A model generated the notes under the pieces. It was not told the origin of the DNA and did not search any database. It worked only from the letters and a program-made list of their open reading frames with translations. Positions 1 to 10,392 of a stretch of DNA of 64,000 nucleotides are shown here, piece by piece. The translations under genes and the position numbers were made by a program. The DNA lies in the NCBI GenBank assembly GCA_963727625.1, contig CAVSHR010000004.1, forward strand, positions 896,001 to 960,000, written 5' to 3'. Each line of letters starts with the position of its first letter. The first letter of the stretch is position 1. Source of the stretch: an uncultured delta proteobacterium (GTDB taxonomy: Bacteria; Desulfobacterota; Binatia; UBA9968).

Positions 1-1112
1 ATCCAGTCTCCTTTCGCTTCGAAAGCGATCCCTCCGTCTTGCACGACGACCGGCCGCTCGGCCGGCAGAGGCTTGTATCCCAGCGCGAAAAGCAACTGGG
101 TGACAGCTTCTTGCAGCGACACACCATCGGCCATCGACAACACCGGTGTGCCGATGCTTGGATCGTTTAGTTTGGCTTTGAGAGATGCCGGGATATTGCC
201 GTTAGGGTCGACGACCACGCGTTGTCGCAGATCCGGATTGTAGATAACCGGGTAGGTGCTCCTGTCAAAATGCACCGTGCCAGCCGGCAGCTTGATAGTT
301 TCCTCACCGCTCTCTTGGATTTCGCCGCCGATGGCGGCGACGACGCGGCCCAAGAGCGGCATGTTTTCCCTTGCCGGCGTGCTCAACACTTGTTCGCTAT
401 CCACCGGCGCCGTGGGCGCGACAACGGGTTCGGCCGCGTCCGACGCGCCAACCGCCGCAGCCGAACTCTGCGAAGCGGACCGGCTTGCAATTTTTGCACT
501 TGCCGTTTCGCCGACTGAGCGTGGCGCCGGCAAGTGAATAATCTCCCCCTCGTGGAGCGTATCCCAATCTCCCTTGCGTTGCGGATTGAGATCCTTCACC
601 AGGGAAGCGTATTGGGCAAGCTCCCGCAGGTTCATAAGGTTGAATTCCTGACGCAGGATCCGATAAAGAGATTCGCCAGATTTGACTCGATAGCTTATCG
701 TGCGCCCGGAACTCGATCGCTGAGCCTCTCGGGTTGTCGCTGCGGCGACCGACGGCGCATCGCCGACGTCATCGAGGCGCAGCGGAATAAAGATCTTATC
801 GCCGATACGTAGCAGGTCGAGTTTCTTAACCTGCGGGTTCAAGCCGCGAATGACCACTAAATAGCTCTGGAACTTTTTGCTCGACAGGCCCTTTTCTTCG
901 ATCAAGATTCTCCAAAGGGAGTCGCCGCGGCCGATTTGGCGCTCCTCGCCGGTCACATGCCGGCCGTGAAATTCGCGCACCTCAACCGACTTGCGCAGAC
1001 TCATTTCGGTTCCGCCGCGCGCCGGCGCCTGCTCCTGCGCTTCAGTAGCGGATGCGAACGGGAGCGAAACGAAAAGAAGCAACAGTAAACAATCGAGGCG
1101 CGCCCGAATCAT
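1..1112 (-). CDS. Secreted LysM-domain protein (partial, runs off window start)
   Basis: Not in ORF track. ATG at 1112 overlaps the cysS stop (ATGA). Manual translation gives the signal peptide MIRARLDCLLLLLFVSLPFASA, then two LysM-like repeats (GDSLWRIL...GLNP...LRIGDKIFIP; YRVKSGESLYRIL...DLNP...LHEGEIIHLP). Confidence 0.8.
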   Translation of the reverse strand, partial: MIRARLDCLLLLLFVSLPFASATEAQEQAPARGGTEMSLRKSVEVREFHGRHVTGEERQIGRGDSLWRILIEEKGLSSKKFQSYLVVIRGLNPQVKKLDLLRIGDKIFIPLRLDDVGDAPSVAAATTREAQRSSSGRTISYRVKSGESLYRILRQEFNLMNLRELAQYASLVKDLNPQRKGDWDTLHEGEIIHLPAPRSVGETASAKIASRSASQSSAAAVGASDAAEPVVAPTAPVDSEQVLSTPARENMPLLGRVVAAIGGEIQESGEETIKLPAGTVHFDRSTYPVIYNPDLRQRVVVDPNGNIPASLKAKLNDPSIGTPVLSMADGVSLQEAVTQLLFALGYKPLPAERPVVVQDGGIAFEAKGDW

Positions 1113-2512
1113 TTCACCTTCCACACCGTCCCTTTGGGGGTATCCTCGATGACGACTCCGATCTCTTGAAGTTGATTGCGGATTCGGTCCGCTTCTTGCC
1201 AGTTTTTACTTTGACGCGCCGCACTGCGCTCGGCAATCAAGCTCTCGATCCGCGCCTCAGAAACTTTGCCGTTTTTTAGCCAACGGCTTTTTTTCCGTTC
1301 AAAGTAACCTTCTTGAAGCAGTCCGAGGGTGTCGCAAATAGCGCAGAAAGCCGCAGCGCGAGCCTCGAGTCCTGCTTGTTTCTTGGCGTCGAACAGGCGA
1401 TTCAAGGCGCGCACTTCGTCAAAAATGAGCGCCAATGCGCGCGGCGTGTTGAAGTCATCGTCCATTTCGTTTCGGTACGACTTCATGAGCTCCGGGTCGG
1501 GCGCGACTGGAGAACCGTCCTTAAACAAGTGTGCGGCGCGATCGATGGTTTCAAATATTCGCTCGGCGGCTCGAGCCGCCTCCGCAAGTCCCTCCTTGGA
1601 AAAATCCATCGGGCTGCGATAATGGCTGGAGAGAAAATAGTGGCGTAGCGCCAAGCCGTCGAACTGTTCCAAGATCTCCCGAACGGTAAAAAAATTGCCG
1701 AGCGATTTGGACATTTTCTCCTGGTCGATATTCAGAAACCCGTTGTGAATCCAATAGCGCGCCAGCGGCTTGTCATATGCGCCTTCGGATTGAGCGATTT
1801 CGTTTTCGTGGTGCGGAAAGATCAAATCGCGACCGCCGCCGTGAATGTCGAAGGGTTGGCCTAGATATTTAGTGCTCATTGCCGAACATTCGACATGCCA
1901 GCCTGGACGGCCGGGTCCCCACGGGCTATCCCAGGTCGGTTCGCCGGGCTTGCTCGATTTCCACAAGGCGAAATCGAGCGGCGAACGTTTCCGCGCATCG
2001 ATTTCGACCCGCGCGCCGGCTTCCAATTCATCAATATTTTTTCGCGAGAGCTTGCCGTAACCGGAGAATCCAGCCACGGAATAAAACACATCGCCGTCGA
2101 CTCGATAGGCAACGTCTTTGGCTTCTAACTGTTTGATGATTTCGATGATCTCGGCAATATGTTGCGTAGCGCGTGGCTCGACGGTTGGGGCTAGCAGGCC
2201 GAGGGCTTGGCTGTCCCTTTGAAACTCGGCAATGTAACGATCCGTGATCGCCTCACAGCTGATCTGTTCTTCGTTGGCGCGCTTGATAATCTTGTCGTCG
2301 ACATCGGTAAAGTTACGCACATAGGTGACGTCGAAGCCGCAAGAGCGCAGATAACGGCAGATGACATCAAACGTTAAAAGGAAGCGGCAATGGCCGAGAT
2401 GGGCCGAATCGTAAACCGTGACGCCGCACACATACATGCGCACTTTTCCCGGGGTGAGCGGCGCAAATATCTCTTTCTCTCCGCTTAACGTATTAAAGAT
2501 CTTCAATGCCAT
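1109..2512 (-). CDS. cysS: Cysteine--tRNA ligase
   Basis: MYVCGVTVYD..HLGH (HIGH-type), DFALWK, PGRPGWHVECSAM, DIHGGGRDLIFPHHENE, KMSKS. Confidence 0.98.
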   Translation of the reverse strand: MALKIFNTLSGEKEIFAPLTPGKVRMYVCGVTVYDSAHLGHCRFLLTFDVICRYLRSCGFDVTYVRNFTDVDDKIIKRANEEQISCEAITDRYIAEFQRDSQALGLLAPTVEPRATQHIAEIIEIIKQLEAKDVAYRVDGDVFYSVAGFSGYGKLSRKNIDELEAGARVEIDARKRSPLDFALWKSSKPGEPTWDSPWGPGRPGWHVECSAMSTKYLGQPFDIHGGGRDLIFPHHENEIAQSEGAYDKPLARYWIHNGFLNIDQEKMSKSLGNFFTVREILEQFDGLALRHYFLSSHYRSPMDFSKEGLAEAARAAERIFETIDRAAHLFKDGSPVAPDPELMKSYRNEMDDDFNTPRALALIFDEVRALNRLFDAKKQAGLEARAAAFCAICDTLGLLQEGYFERKKSRWLKNGKVSEARIESLIAERSAARQSKNWQEADRIRNQLQEIGVVIEDTPKGTVWKVK

Positions 2513-2612
2513 CTTGGTGGATGCTCAATCTTACGGATCAAATGGTTTTATGCAAGCGATCTGCGATTGTCCAGCTTGATAAAGCGGGAAAAAAAGCATA
2601 GACAAAAGTCCT

Positions 2613-4271
2613 ATGAATTTCGCTAAACCTTATGAAGACTTACGCGAGTTTATCGCGGCTCTGGATGAACATGACAAATTGTACCGGATCCACCATGAAA
2701 TCAACAAAGACAGCGAGCTGCAGCCGCTGGTTCGCTGGCAATTTAGAGGCGGTATCCCTGAACGGGAGCGCCGCGGCTTTCTGTTCGATAATGTAACAGA
2801 CGGCAAGAAACGCAAATACAATTGTCAAGTGCTCGTCGGCGGGCTTTCGAGCTCCGAAGAGATTTATTGCCTGGGGCTCAAATGCCAGCCCGAGGAAGTC
2901 CCCGACCGCTGGATCTACGCGATGGATCATCTGATCGATCCGGTGCTTGTCGACTCAGGCTCCTGCCAGGAGGAAATTCACAAGGGCGATGGGCTACTCG
3001 CCCACGGCGGATTATTGGAATTTGCCGTTCCCATGTCGACTCCCGGCTTCGACAATGGGCCATACATTACCGCCGGACATTGGATCACCAAAGATCCGGA
3101 AACCGGCAAACGCAATGTCGGAAACTATCGCGGCTTGATCAAAGGGTCCACCTGCGCTGGCTTGATGTCCGGAACACCGCAGGATTTGTCGAGCCATTGG
3201 GAGAAATGCCGCAAGCTGGGCAAGCCCTTGGAAGTGGCGATCGTCGTCGGCACGATTCCCGCCGTCTCCTATTGCGCGACGCAAAAAGTGCCGCCGGACG
3301 TCGACGAATTGGCGCTCGCCGGAGGGCTGATGGGCGGGCCGGTGAAGCTGGTGAAATGTCAGACCGTCGACCTGGAAGTGCCGGCCAGCGCCGAGATCGT
3401 CCTCGAAGGCATCATCCCGACCAACTACATGGAAGAAGAGGGCCCCTACGGCGAGTCCATGGGCTACGTCGATCCGCGCACCTTGAGCACCGTGTTCGAG
3501 CTCAAATGCGTGACCCATCGAAAAAACCCGATCTGGGTCTCGATCATCAGCCAGGTGACGCCCAGCGAAAGCTCCAAGATCAAGGCGATGGGAATGGCCA
3601 CGCTGGTCAAGCGCTTCATCATCAGCAAAGGCTACGACTGCGTCAAGGAAGTGCATATGATCGAACCGCTGGTCAATCTGCGCCCTTATGTCGCCGTGAG
3701 TTTGAAGAAGCGCAACGACGAGGATCCCTGGGGCGTCATGCAAGCCGTGCTCGATTACGGCGACCGCGTCGGCAAGATGATCGTCGCCGTCGACGAAGAC
3801 ATCAACGTGAAAGATCCGGTGGCAGTCACCTGGGCGATTACCCATCGCTCGCAACCGCACAGGGACGTAAGAATCGTGCGCGACCGTCCCTTCGGCGCCA
3901 CGCCCATAGGCATGGTTGCCACCCATCCGTCGAGCCGTTACGACAACTCCGAGTCATCGCTTTTGATCGACGCTACGCGCAAAGCCGACTTCCCCCCGCT
4001 TTCGTTGCCCAAGGAAGAATTCATGGTCCGGGCCAAACAATTATGGGAGGAGCTCGGCTTGCCGAAGCTCACCCCGGAGGAGCCCTGGCATGGTTATTTG
4101 ATGGGACTCTGGCCGGAAAACCTCAATTACGAGGCGGAACTCGCGGCCCGGAGCGAACATGAAAAGGTCTGGGAGATACTGCGCAAAACCCGCGTGCAGG
4201 TCGGCGAAGGCGAAACTTTGAAATCCATGCGCGCGAAATGGGGCAAGACCCATTCCGGCAGAGCTGAGTAA
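2613..4271 (+). CDS. UbiD family (prFMN-dependent) decarboxylase
   Basis: DLREFI, NVGNYR, VKCQTVDLEVPASAEIVLEG, EGPYGE, VDEDI. Confidence 0.92.
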   Translation: MNFAKPYEDLREFIAALDEHDKLYRIHHEINKDSELQPLVRWQFRGGIPERERRGFLFDNVTDGKKRKYNCQVLVGGLSSSEEIYCLGLKCQPEEVPDRWIYAMDHLIDPVLVDSGSCQEEIHKGDGLLAHGGLLEFAVPMSTPGFDNGPYITAGHWITKDPETGKRNVGNYRGLIKGSTCAGLMSGTPQDLSSHWEKCRKLGKPLEVAIVVGTIPAVSYCATQKVPPDVDELALAGGLMGGPVKLVKCQTVDLEVPASAEIVLEGIIPTNYMEEEGPYGESMGYVDPRTLSTVFELKCVTHRKNPIWVSIISQVTPSESSKIKAMGMATLVKRFIISKGYDCVKEVHMIEPLVNLRPYVAVSLKKRNDEDPWGVMQAVLDYGDRVGKMIVAVDEDINVKDPVAVTWAITHRSQPHRDVRIVRDRPFGATPIGMVATHPSSRYDNSESSLLIDATRKADFPPLSLPKEEFMVRAKQLWEELGLPKLTPEEPWHGYLMGLWPENLNYEAELAARSEHEKVWEILRKTRVQVGEGETLKSMRAKWGKTHSGRAE

Positions 4272-4684
4272 GCTCCCCTAAAGCGATCGAAACGCCAGTG
4301 CGGCAATTCAGACATCAGCCCGCGCCGCTTCATGAGCTTCACCCCGGGGTACGTGACTCGGAGACAACCCACCGCCGCCACCGCTTGCTCGCGTTCGAGC
4401 GTGACCATCCAAATCGCAAATAACCACGCGCCACTTGTAAGCTTGCCGATCATTGGGCAAGCAGGCCTCAATTTATGTGGGATATGAGTTTCCAGGGCAA
4501 ACGCTCGGCTCGCTCACGGTAAAAGACCAATAATTATGCAGCGCCGCTACCCATTTGACGCGCGACTCAACATCATGCGAACGAGTTTTGTTACCATTCG
4601 GTAAGCAATTTGCGCCGCTCGCACGCTGCCATTTTTAGCGGCGTTGTGTTGAATCCTAACCGGACAAAGGCTATGTTTCCGTTC

Positions 4685-5236
4685 ATGAAACGGCTGGTAA
4701 AATTCACCGTGAACGGCGAGGAACACGAGGTAGAAATCGAGCCCAATCGTCTCTTGCTGCAAGTTCTGCGCGACAATCTCGGCCTCACCGGCACCAAAGA
4801 GGGTTGCAGCATCGGCGTTTGCGGCGCTTGCAGCGTGATCGTCGATGGCCGTCTGGTCAGCTCCTGTTTGACCCTGGCGGCGGGTTGCGCCGGCAAGAAA
4901 ATCGAAACCATCGAAGGACTCGCCAAGGACGGCGACCTCCATCCGCTGCAGCAGGCCTTCATCGAATATGGCGGTTTTCAGTGCGGCATCTGCACGCCCG
5001 GCCAAATCATGGCGGCCAAAGCGCTGCTCGACGAAAATCCCAAGCCGAGCGAAGAAGAAGTCAAGGAATGGATGTCGGGAAATCTCTGCCGCTGCACCGG
5101 TTATTACAAGATTCTCGAATCCGTCATGGCCGTGGTCAACGGCAAGACCGACCCCGAATACAAGTTTCGCAAGCGCGAAACCACGGCGAAGATCCAGAGC
5201 CTCGACGTTTATAAATCAGTCGCCAAGACAAATTAA
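4685..5236 (+). CDS. Xanthine dehydrogenase family (2Fe-2S) subunit (CoxS-like)
   Basis: TKEGCSIGVCGACSV, QCGICTPG, NLCRCTGY. Start taken at MKRLV (4673 also possible). Confidence 0.93.
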   Translation: MKRLVKFTVNGEEHEVEIEPNRLLLQVLRDNLGLTGTKEGCSIGVCGACSVIVDGRLVSSCLTLAAGCAGKKIETIEGLAKDGDLHPLQQAFIEYGGFQCGICTPGQIMAAKALLDENPKPSEEEVKEWMSGNLCRCTGYYKILESVMAVVNGKTDPEYKFRKRETTAKIQSLDVYKSVAKTN

Positions 5237-5249
5237 AATTAAGAAAGAA

Positions 5250-5337
5250 TCTCTCGCAAAGACGCCCAGTTAAGAGATCCGGAGAAACAACTCCTCCCAT
5301 CTGCGAGCTTTGCGCCTTTGCGGGAGACAATCCGAGC
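5250..5337. repeat. REP-like palindromic element
   Basis: tctcgcaaagacgc ... tgcgcctttgcgggagacaatccgag; same family as the inner hairpin at 7722-7816. Confidence 0.65.
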
Positions 5338-5360
5338 GACCACCAAAACCTACAACAACC

Positions 5361-7646
5361 ATGGCTAAATCAGAAAACTACTCGGTTATCGGCAAGCGCG
5401 TTCAGCGCGTCGAAGGTTTCGACAAGGTGACCGGCGACTCGGAATACATCGCCGACATCTACCTTCCCGGCATGCTCGTCGGTAAAGTCTTGCGCAGCCC
5501 CTATCCCCACGCACGCATTCGCCATATCGACACGACCAAAGCCGAGAAACTTCCAGGAGTGCGCGCAGTCGTGACTGCCGAGGACACGATCAAAAAGCCC
5601 TGGGGGGCGTTCTTTGCCGACCAATATATTCTCTCCGTCGGGAAGACTCGTTATGTCGGCGAGGAAGTCGCCGCCGTCGCCGCCATCGACCCGGATATTG
5701 CCGAAGAAGCGATCGATCTCATCGAGGTCGATTGGGAGCCCCTCCCCGGCGTCTTCGACGCCGAAGAAGCGATGCAAGACGGCGCCCCCTTGGTGCACGA
5801 CGACAAGCCAAACAACATTGCCATGCAAATGGATTTAGAGCGCGGCAATGTCGCCGCGGCTTTCGCCGACTCCGATGTGATCGTCGAAGACACTTTCACC
5901 AGCATGCCCCAGTGGCACTGTTCCATCGAGACCATCGGCAGCGTCGCCGAATACGCGCCCAGCGGCAAGTACACCATTTACATGAACACCCAGACGCTGT
6001 TTAACGCGCGCTACCGCATCGCCGCGGCCTTGGGTGTACCCGAGACCGACGTGCGGATCATTCAGAGCGCGGTCGGCGGCGGTTTCGGCGGCAAGTCCTG
6101 CGATGACAACAACGCTCTGGTCGCCGCAGTTTTGGCGAAAAAAGCGCGCAAGCCGGTCAAGCTGATCAATACTCGCGAAGAGGAATTTCTCGCCGGCTGC
6201 CGGCCGCGCGTCTTCATGAAGATCAACGTCAAGATCGGCTTTAAAAAAGACGGCCATATCCGCGCCAAGGAATTGAAGGTCATCGCCGACAACGGCGCCT
6301 ACTCGGCCAAAGCGCCGGCGATCACCGGCGTCGCGGCGATGCGCCACGATACTTGCTATAAATATTCCGACGTCAAGATCGACGCCAAGTTGGTCTATAC
6401 CAACAAAATCCCCACCGGCGCCTTTCGCGGCTTCGGTAATCCGTCGGCGGAGTGGGCGGTCGAGCAAGCCATCGACTTGGGCGCTCATGCGCTCGGAATC
6501 GACCCTATCGAGCTCGCCCGCATCAACGCCGCCGAGACCGGCTACGTGTCGCCCCATGGCAACCGCGTGACTAGCTGCGAGCTCAAGCAATGTCTCGACA
6601 TGGCCGAGCAAATGATCGACTGGAAAGCTAAGCGCGCCAACAAGCAGCCGAATACCGGCCTCGGTTTGGCCTGCACCGTTCACGTCAGCGGCAAGCGCCA
6701 TTTCGGCGATTACGACGGCAGTTCGGCTACGATCAAGATCAACGAGGACGGCAAGGCGCTGATCTTGAGCGGCGAGGGAGAATGCGGCCAGGGCGCTCAC
6801 ACGGCCATGTGCCAAATCGCCGCCGAAGAGCTCGGCGTGCCGGTCGAAGATGTGGAGATTTCCCGCGCCGACACCGATCTCACGACTTTTTGCTTGGGAG
6901 CGTTCGCGAGCCGGCTGACCTATGTCAGCGGCAACGCGGTCAAAAACGCCGCGGCTAACGTCAAGCAACAACTGTTCGAACAAGCCGCAGAGATGCTGGA
7001 GGCCAACGCCGCGGATCTCATCTCGCGCGACGGCAGGATCTTCGTCAAAGGCGCCGAAGGCAAATCGGTCACCGTCGGCGACGCGGCGCGGGCGCGACTC
7101 TTCCGTCACAACGGCGCGCCCATCGTCGGCTCGGGGAGCTTCGATGCCGATTCGGTCCTGCCCGACAGCGTGCGCTTCGGCAACGAGTCCGGCGCCTACA
7201 ACTACGGCGTGCAGGCCGCTCAGGTGCGCGTCGATCGCGAAACCGGCCAGGTAAAACTTTTGAGCTACGTCATTGCCTCGGATTGCGGCACGGTGATCTA
7301 CCCGATCGGCGCTGAAGGCCAGGTCGAAGGCGGGCTGGCTCAAGGCATCGGCTACGCGCTCACCGAGGGACTGCAAATCGATGAAGGCCGGCCGCTCAAT
7401 CCGAATTTTTCCGACTATCGCATTCCCTCCATGCGCGACATGCCGCCGCTGCAGCATGCCTTCGCCGATTCCTACGAGCCGACGGGCCCTTTCGGCGCCA
7501 AGGGATTGGGCGAGCTCAACATGGACCCCACGGCCGCCGTGATCAACAACGCGATCTTCGATGCCGTCGGCGTGCGCGTCAAAACCTTGCCGATCACGCC
7601 GGAAAAAATATTGCGGGCTCTGAAAGAAAAGCAGGGCGAAAAATAA
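5361..7646 (+). CDS. Xanthine dehydrogenase family molybdopterin-binding subunit
   Basis: LRSPYPHARI, VGGGFGGK, AFRGFG, GQG, GQVEGG, PFGAKGLGE. Start at MAKSEN. Confidence 0.95.
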   Translation: MAKSENYSVIGKRVQRVEGFDKVTGDSEYIADIYLPGMLVGKVLRSPYPHARIRHIDTTKAEKLPGVRAVVTAEDTIKKPWGAFFADQYILSVGKTRYVGEEVAAVAAIDPDIAEEAIDLIEVDWEPLPGVFDAEEAMQDGAPLVHDDKPNNIAMQMDLERGNVAAAFADSDVIVEDTFTSMPQWHCSIETIGSVAEYAPSGKYTIYMNTQTLFNARYRIAAALGVPETDVRIIQSAVGGGFGGKSCDDNNALVAAVLAKKARKPVKLINTREEEFLAGCRPRVFMKINVKIGFKKDGHIRAKELKVIADNGAYSAKAPAITGVAAMRHDTCYKYSDVKIDAKLVYTNKIPTGAFRGFGNPSAEWAVEQAIDLGAHALGIDPIELARINAAETGYVSPHGNRVTSCELKQCLDMAEQMIDWKAKRANKQPNTGLGLACTVHVSGKRHFGDYDGSSATIKINEDGKALILSGEGECGQGAHTAMCQIAAEELGVPVEDVEISRADTDLTTFCLGAFASRLTYVSGNAVKNAAANVKQQLFEQAAEMLEANAADLISRDGRIFVKGAEGKSVTVGDAARARLFRHNGAPIVGSGSFDADSVLPDSVRFGNESGAYNYGVQAAQVRVDRETGQVKLLSYVIASDCGTVIYPIGAEGQVEGGLAQGIGYALTEGLQIDEGRPLNPNFSDYRIPSMRDMPPLQHAFADSYEPTGPFGAKGLGELNMDPTAAVINNAIFDAVGVRVKTLPITPEKILRALKEKQGEK

Positions 7647-7682
7647 TCGTCACACCGAAATGGAATCGCACAAAACTCGTTT

Positions 7683-7855
7683 CACCACGAAGATCCCAAT
7701 GCAGCGAAATCCTAACCCTATCTCGGAGTATTTCTCGCAAAGACGCAAAGTCGCCAAGTTCGGAAATCCGTTTTATTTCTTTGCGGCCTTTGCGTCTTCG
7801 CGAGAGACATTCCGAGCACTTTGTGCGGCTGCGCCGTGCTGGGATCTTCGTGGTG
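7683..7855. repeat. Nested REP-like/MITE-like inverted-repeat element
   Basis: Perfect 16-bp outer IR caccacgaagatccca (7683-7698) / tgggatcttcgtggtg (7840-7855) around an imperfect inner IR of about 37 bp (7722-7758 / 7779-7816). Confidence 0.8.
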
Positions 7856-7889
7856 TCTCCCTCGTTGCGGCCCGCTCGCGAGAACGCGC

Positions 7890-8750
7890 ATGATTAGATT
7901 CGACTACCAGGAACCGACGACGCTTAAAAAAGCCTTCGCCTTGATGGAAAAACACGGCGACGACGGGCGCGTCATCGCCGGCGGCACTTCGTTGCTCATC
8001 ATGATGCGCCAGCGGTTGCTCATGCCCAAGGTGGTGATCAGTCTGGGCCGGATTCCCAAGTTGGACCGTATCACCTACAAGGCCAAGGACGGCCTGCGTA
8101 TCGGCGCCGGCGCGCGCCACCGCGACATCGAGCTCTCGCCCGCCGTGCGCAAGCATTATCCCCTGCTCCACGAGACTTTTCGCAAAGTCGCCCAGCCGCG
8201 CATTCGTAACATGGGCACGGTCGGCGGCAACCTTGCCTGCGGCGATCCGCTGACCGATCCGGGCGCAAGCCTGATCGCCCTCGACGCCGAAGTGACGCTA
8301 ACCAGCAGCAAGGGAAAACGAACGTTGCCGCTGGACGAATTTTTCATCGATTACTACCAAACCGCGTTGGAACCGGGCGAATTGTTAACCGAGATCCGCG
8401 TCCCGCCGTCCCAGCGCCCGGGCTGGTCGCATATCAAATTCACGCCGCGCAGCGTCGAAGACTTTGCCACGGTGGGCGTCGCGATCACTTTGAAGGCCGA
8501 CAACGGCACCTGCGACGATATTCGCATCGGTCTCAACTCGGTTTCCTCGACCATCGTCCATGCTCGAAAAGCGGAGGACGTTTTGCGCGGCAAACCGATA
8601 AGCGACGCTGCGCTCCGGGAAATGGGCGAAGTCGCCGCCAGCGAATGCGATCCGACCGACGACAACCGCGGCTCCGCCGAGTACAAGCGCGAGATGGTCA
8701 AAGTCTTGGTGCGCCGCGCCGCACAAGAAGCGCTCCAACGCGCACGTTGA
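7890..8750 (+). CDS. Xanthine dehydrogenase family FAD-binding subunit (CoxM-like)
   Basis: IAGGTSL, IRNMGTVGGNL, DDNRGSAEYK. Start at MIRFDY. Confidence 0.93.
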   Translation: MIRFDYQEPTTLKKAFALMEKHGDDGRVIAGGTSLLIMMRQRLLMPKVVISLGRIPKLDRITYKAKDGLRIGAGARHRDIELSPAVRKHYPLLHETFRKVAQPRIRNMGTVGGNLACGDPLTDPGASLIALDAEVTLTSSKGKRTLPLDEFFIDYYQTALEPGELLTEIRVPPSQRPGWSHIKFTPRSVEDFATVGVAITLKADNGTCDDIRIGLNSVSSTIVHARKAEDVLRGKPISDAALREMGEVAASECDPTDDNRGSAEYKREMVKVLVRRAAQEALQRAR

Positions 8751-9270
8751 TCCGTAACATTTCTGGTCAATTCTCGACCGAATACCCAATAAGTTAAAGA
8801 CCGCACTGGCTTCCGCCGAGCATCTCGCGTTCCTGCCGTTCGACATATTCGATCTGGCCATTCGACGAGATCGCTCCCATCCTGAGGCGCTCGCCGACTG
8901 CGGCAAGGCAGCTCGCGGGCACCACACGCCCGCGGAGTGCATGGTCCGGCCACGGTTCCCGACGCCGATCTCACCACCAGCGAGAAGTTATCGTCACTTA
9001 CCTGGCTTTCGATACGTGCCGGTGACTTCGAAGCACCCATCGCGGTGCTCGATCCGCACCGCGGATCTCTCTCTCAGTAATCGAGACTTGTCAACGGGAG
9101 TTCTCATAGCTCCGCCGGGACAACTATTTAGGAGGGGTCGTCCAATCTGTGGGAAAGTTCGCCCAGCTGTCAGGCTCGACATGCACCCACGACACAGTTA
9201 CAAGTCCATTGACTAAGGAAATCGGGCTAGTAGTGTTGTGTTCACGTTCAAGCGGGAAGGAGATAAAGCC

Positions 9271-10143
9271 ATGGACTTCGCGTTACGACGTAATCGAAAG
9301 AAAGTGCGGATTAACCCGGTTTGGATTGCTTCAATAATCGCACTGATTATGGTCTTTTCTGCCGTGGCGCTACTCCCGGAACAAGCGAGTGGCCGAGTCG
9401 TGAAATTTCCCTTCGACGCGGGGAATTTTCCGCTCTCTCCCCTGATAAACAACCGATACTGGCCCCTTCCCGCCGGCGCCGTCTTCGTCTACCGCGCACA
9501 AAGTGCCGAAGAATGCAGCTTCGACAAGATAACAGTCACACAGAACACTAGGTCTGTGTTGGGCGTGGAAACACGAGTCGTCCGGGACCAGGCCTGGGTC
9601 ACGGAAGTCAACGATGATGGCTCGTGTAATTTGGCAACGGCAACGATGACGGAAGATACCGAGGACTACTACGCGCAGGATATCTTCGGGAACATCTGGT
9701 ATTTCGGTGAAGCCACCCGCGCGCAGGATCAAGAATCCGGAGTGTGCAGCAGCGAAGGCTCGTGGGAGGCGGGAGGAACTATCACCCCCGCAGCGCAACC
9801 CGGGATCATCATGCTGGACCGGCCCCGTAAAGGGGACCGATACCAACAAGAGTTCGCTGAAGACGTGGCTGAGGACATGGCTTCGGTGTTGCGGCTGAAA
9901 GATTCCGTATCAATCGCTCTCGGCGAATTCGATCAGTGTCTGGTGACCAAGGAGTGGACGCCGCTCGGGCCGGGGGATATAGAGCACAAGTTCTACTGCT
10001 TCGACGCCTGGGGCAATTCCGCCGGTCTCGTCTACATCGAAGAGCTGAAAGGTAAAACGGTCAAAGTCGAGTTCATCGGCGACTCTCTGCCAGCGGCGTT
10101 TCCGGGCGAGTCAACCCCCTTCCCGGCGATCTGCATGCCGTAG
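9271..10143 (+). CDS. Hypothetical exported beta-rich protein
   Basis: RBS GGAG, N-terminal hydrophobic segment, motifs NRYWPL, DYYAQD..GNIWYFGE, GSWEAG, PGIIM, EHKFY. Confidence 0.75.
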   Translation: MDFALRRNRKKVRINPVWIASIIALIMVFSAVALLPEQASGRVVKFPFDAGNFPLSPLINNRYWPLPAGAVFVYRAQSAEECSFDKITVTQNTRSVLGVETRVVRDQAWVTEVNDDGSCNLATATMTEDTEDYYAQDIFGNIWYFGEATRAQDQESGVCSSEGSWEAGGTITPAAQPGIIMLDRPRKGDRYQQEFAEDVAEDMASVLRLKDSVSIALGEFDQCLVTKEWTPLGPGDIEHKFYCFDAWGNSAGLVYIEELKGKTVKVEFIGDSLPAAFPGESTPFPAICMP

Positions 10144-10392
10144 TCGCGGGCATGATTGCTGCGGAGGTGGCAATCAAAACGAGGCTGCCTTTGTCGCATG
10201 TCACGCCGGCGCAGGGTTGGGATTATGTATGTCTGGCTTCTTTGATGTTTTTGCAGTCCCCGTCTCTTTGCATTCACGCCGATCAAACAGTAAATATCTA
10301 GGTCGTGGCGCAGTGAAGATAAGATTTTCGCCAAATCAATGTTTTGTCGTCAATTGATGATCCGAAAAGCGTTTCCATTACTTCCTTTCCAC

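Noticed and set aside
2822-4162. 446-aa alternative-frame ORF inside ubiD
   Set aside because: Arg/Gly-rich shadow ORF caused by high GC3.
4272-4672. Small gene or ncRNA between ubiD and the 2Fe-2S gene
   Set aside because: ORFs overlap neighbouring genes and have no motifs; no recognisable RNA structure.
5835-7457. 540-aa antisense ORF (also 3012-3926, 16354-17487, 17548-18480, 34648-35874, 49758-50621)
   Set aside because: Antisense shadows of well-supported genes, with no family motifs.
8751-9270. Short ORFs 8941-9216 and 8994-9182
   Set aside because: No RBS or domain support; treated as intergenic or decayed sequence.
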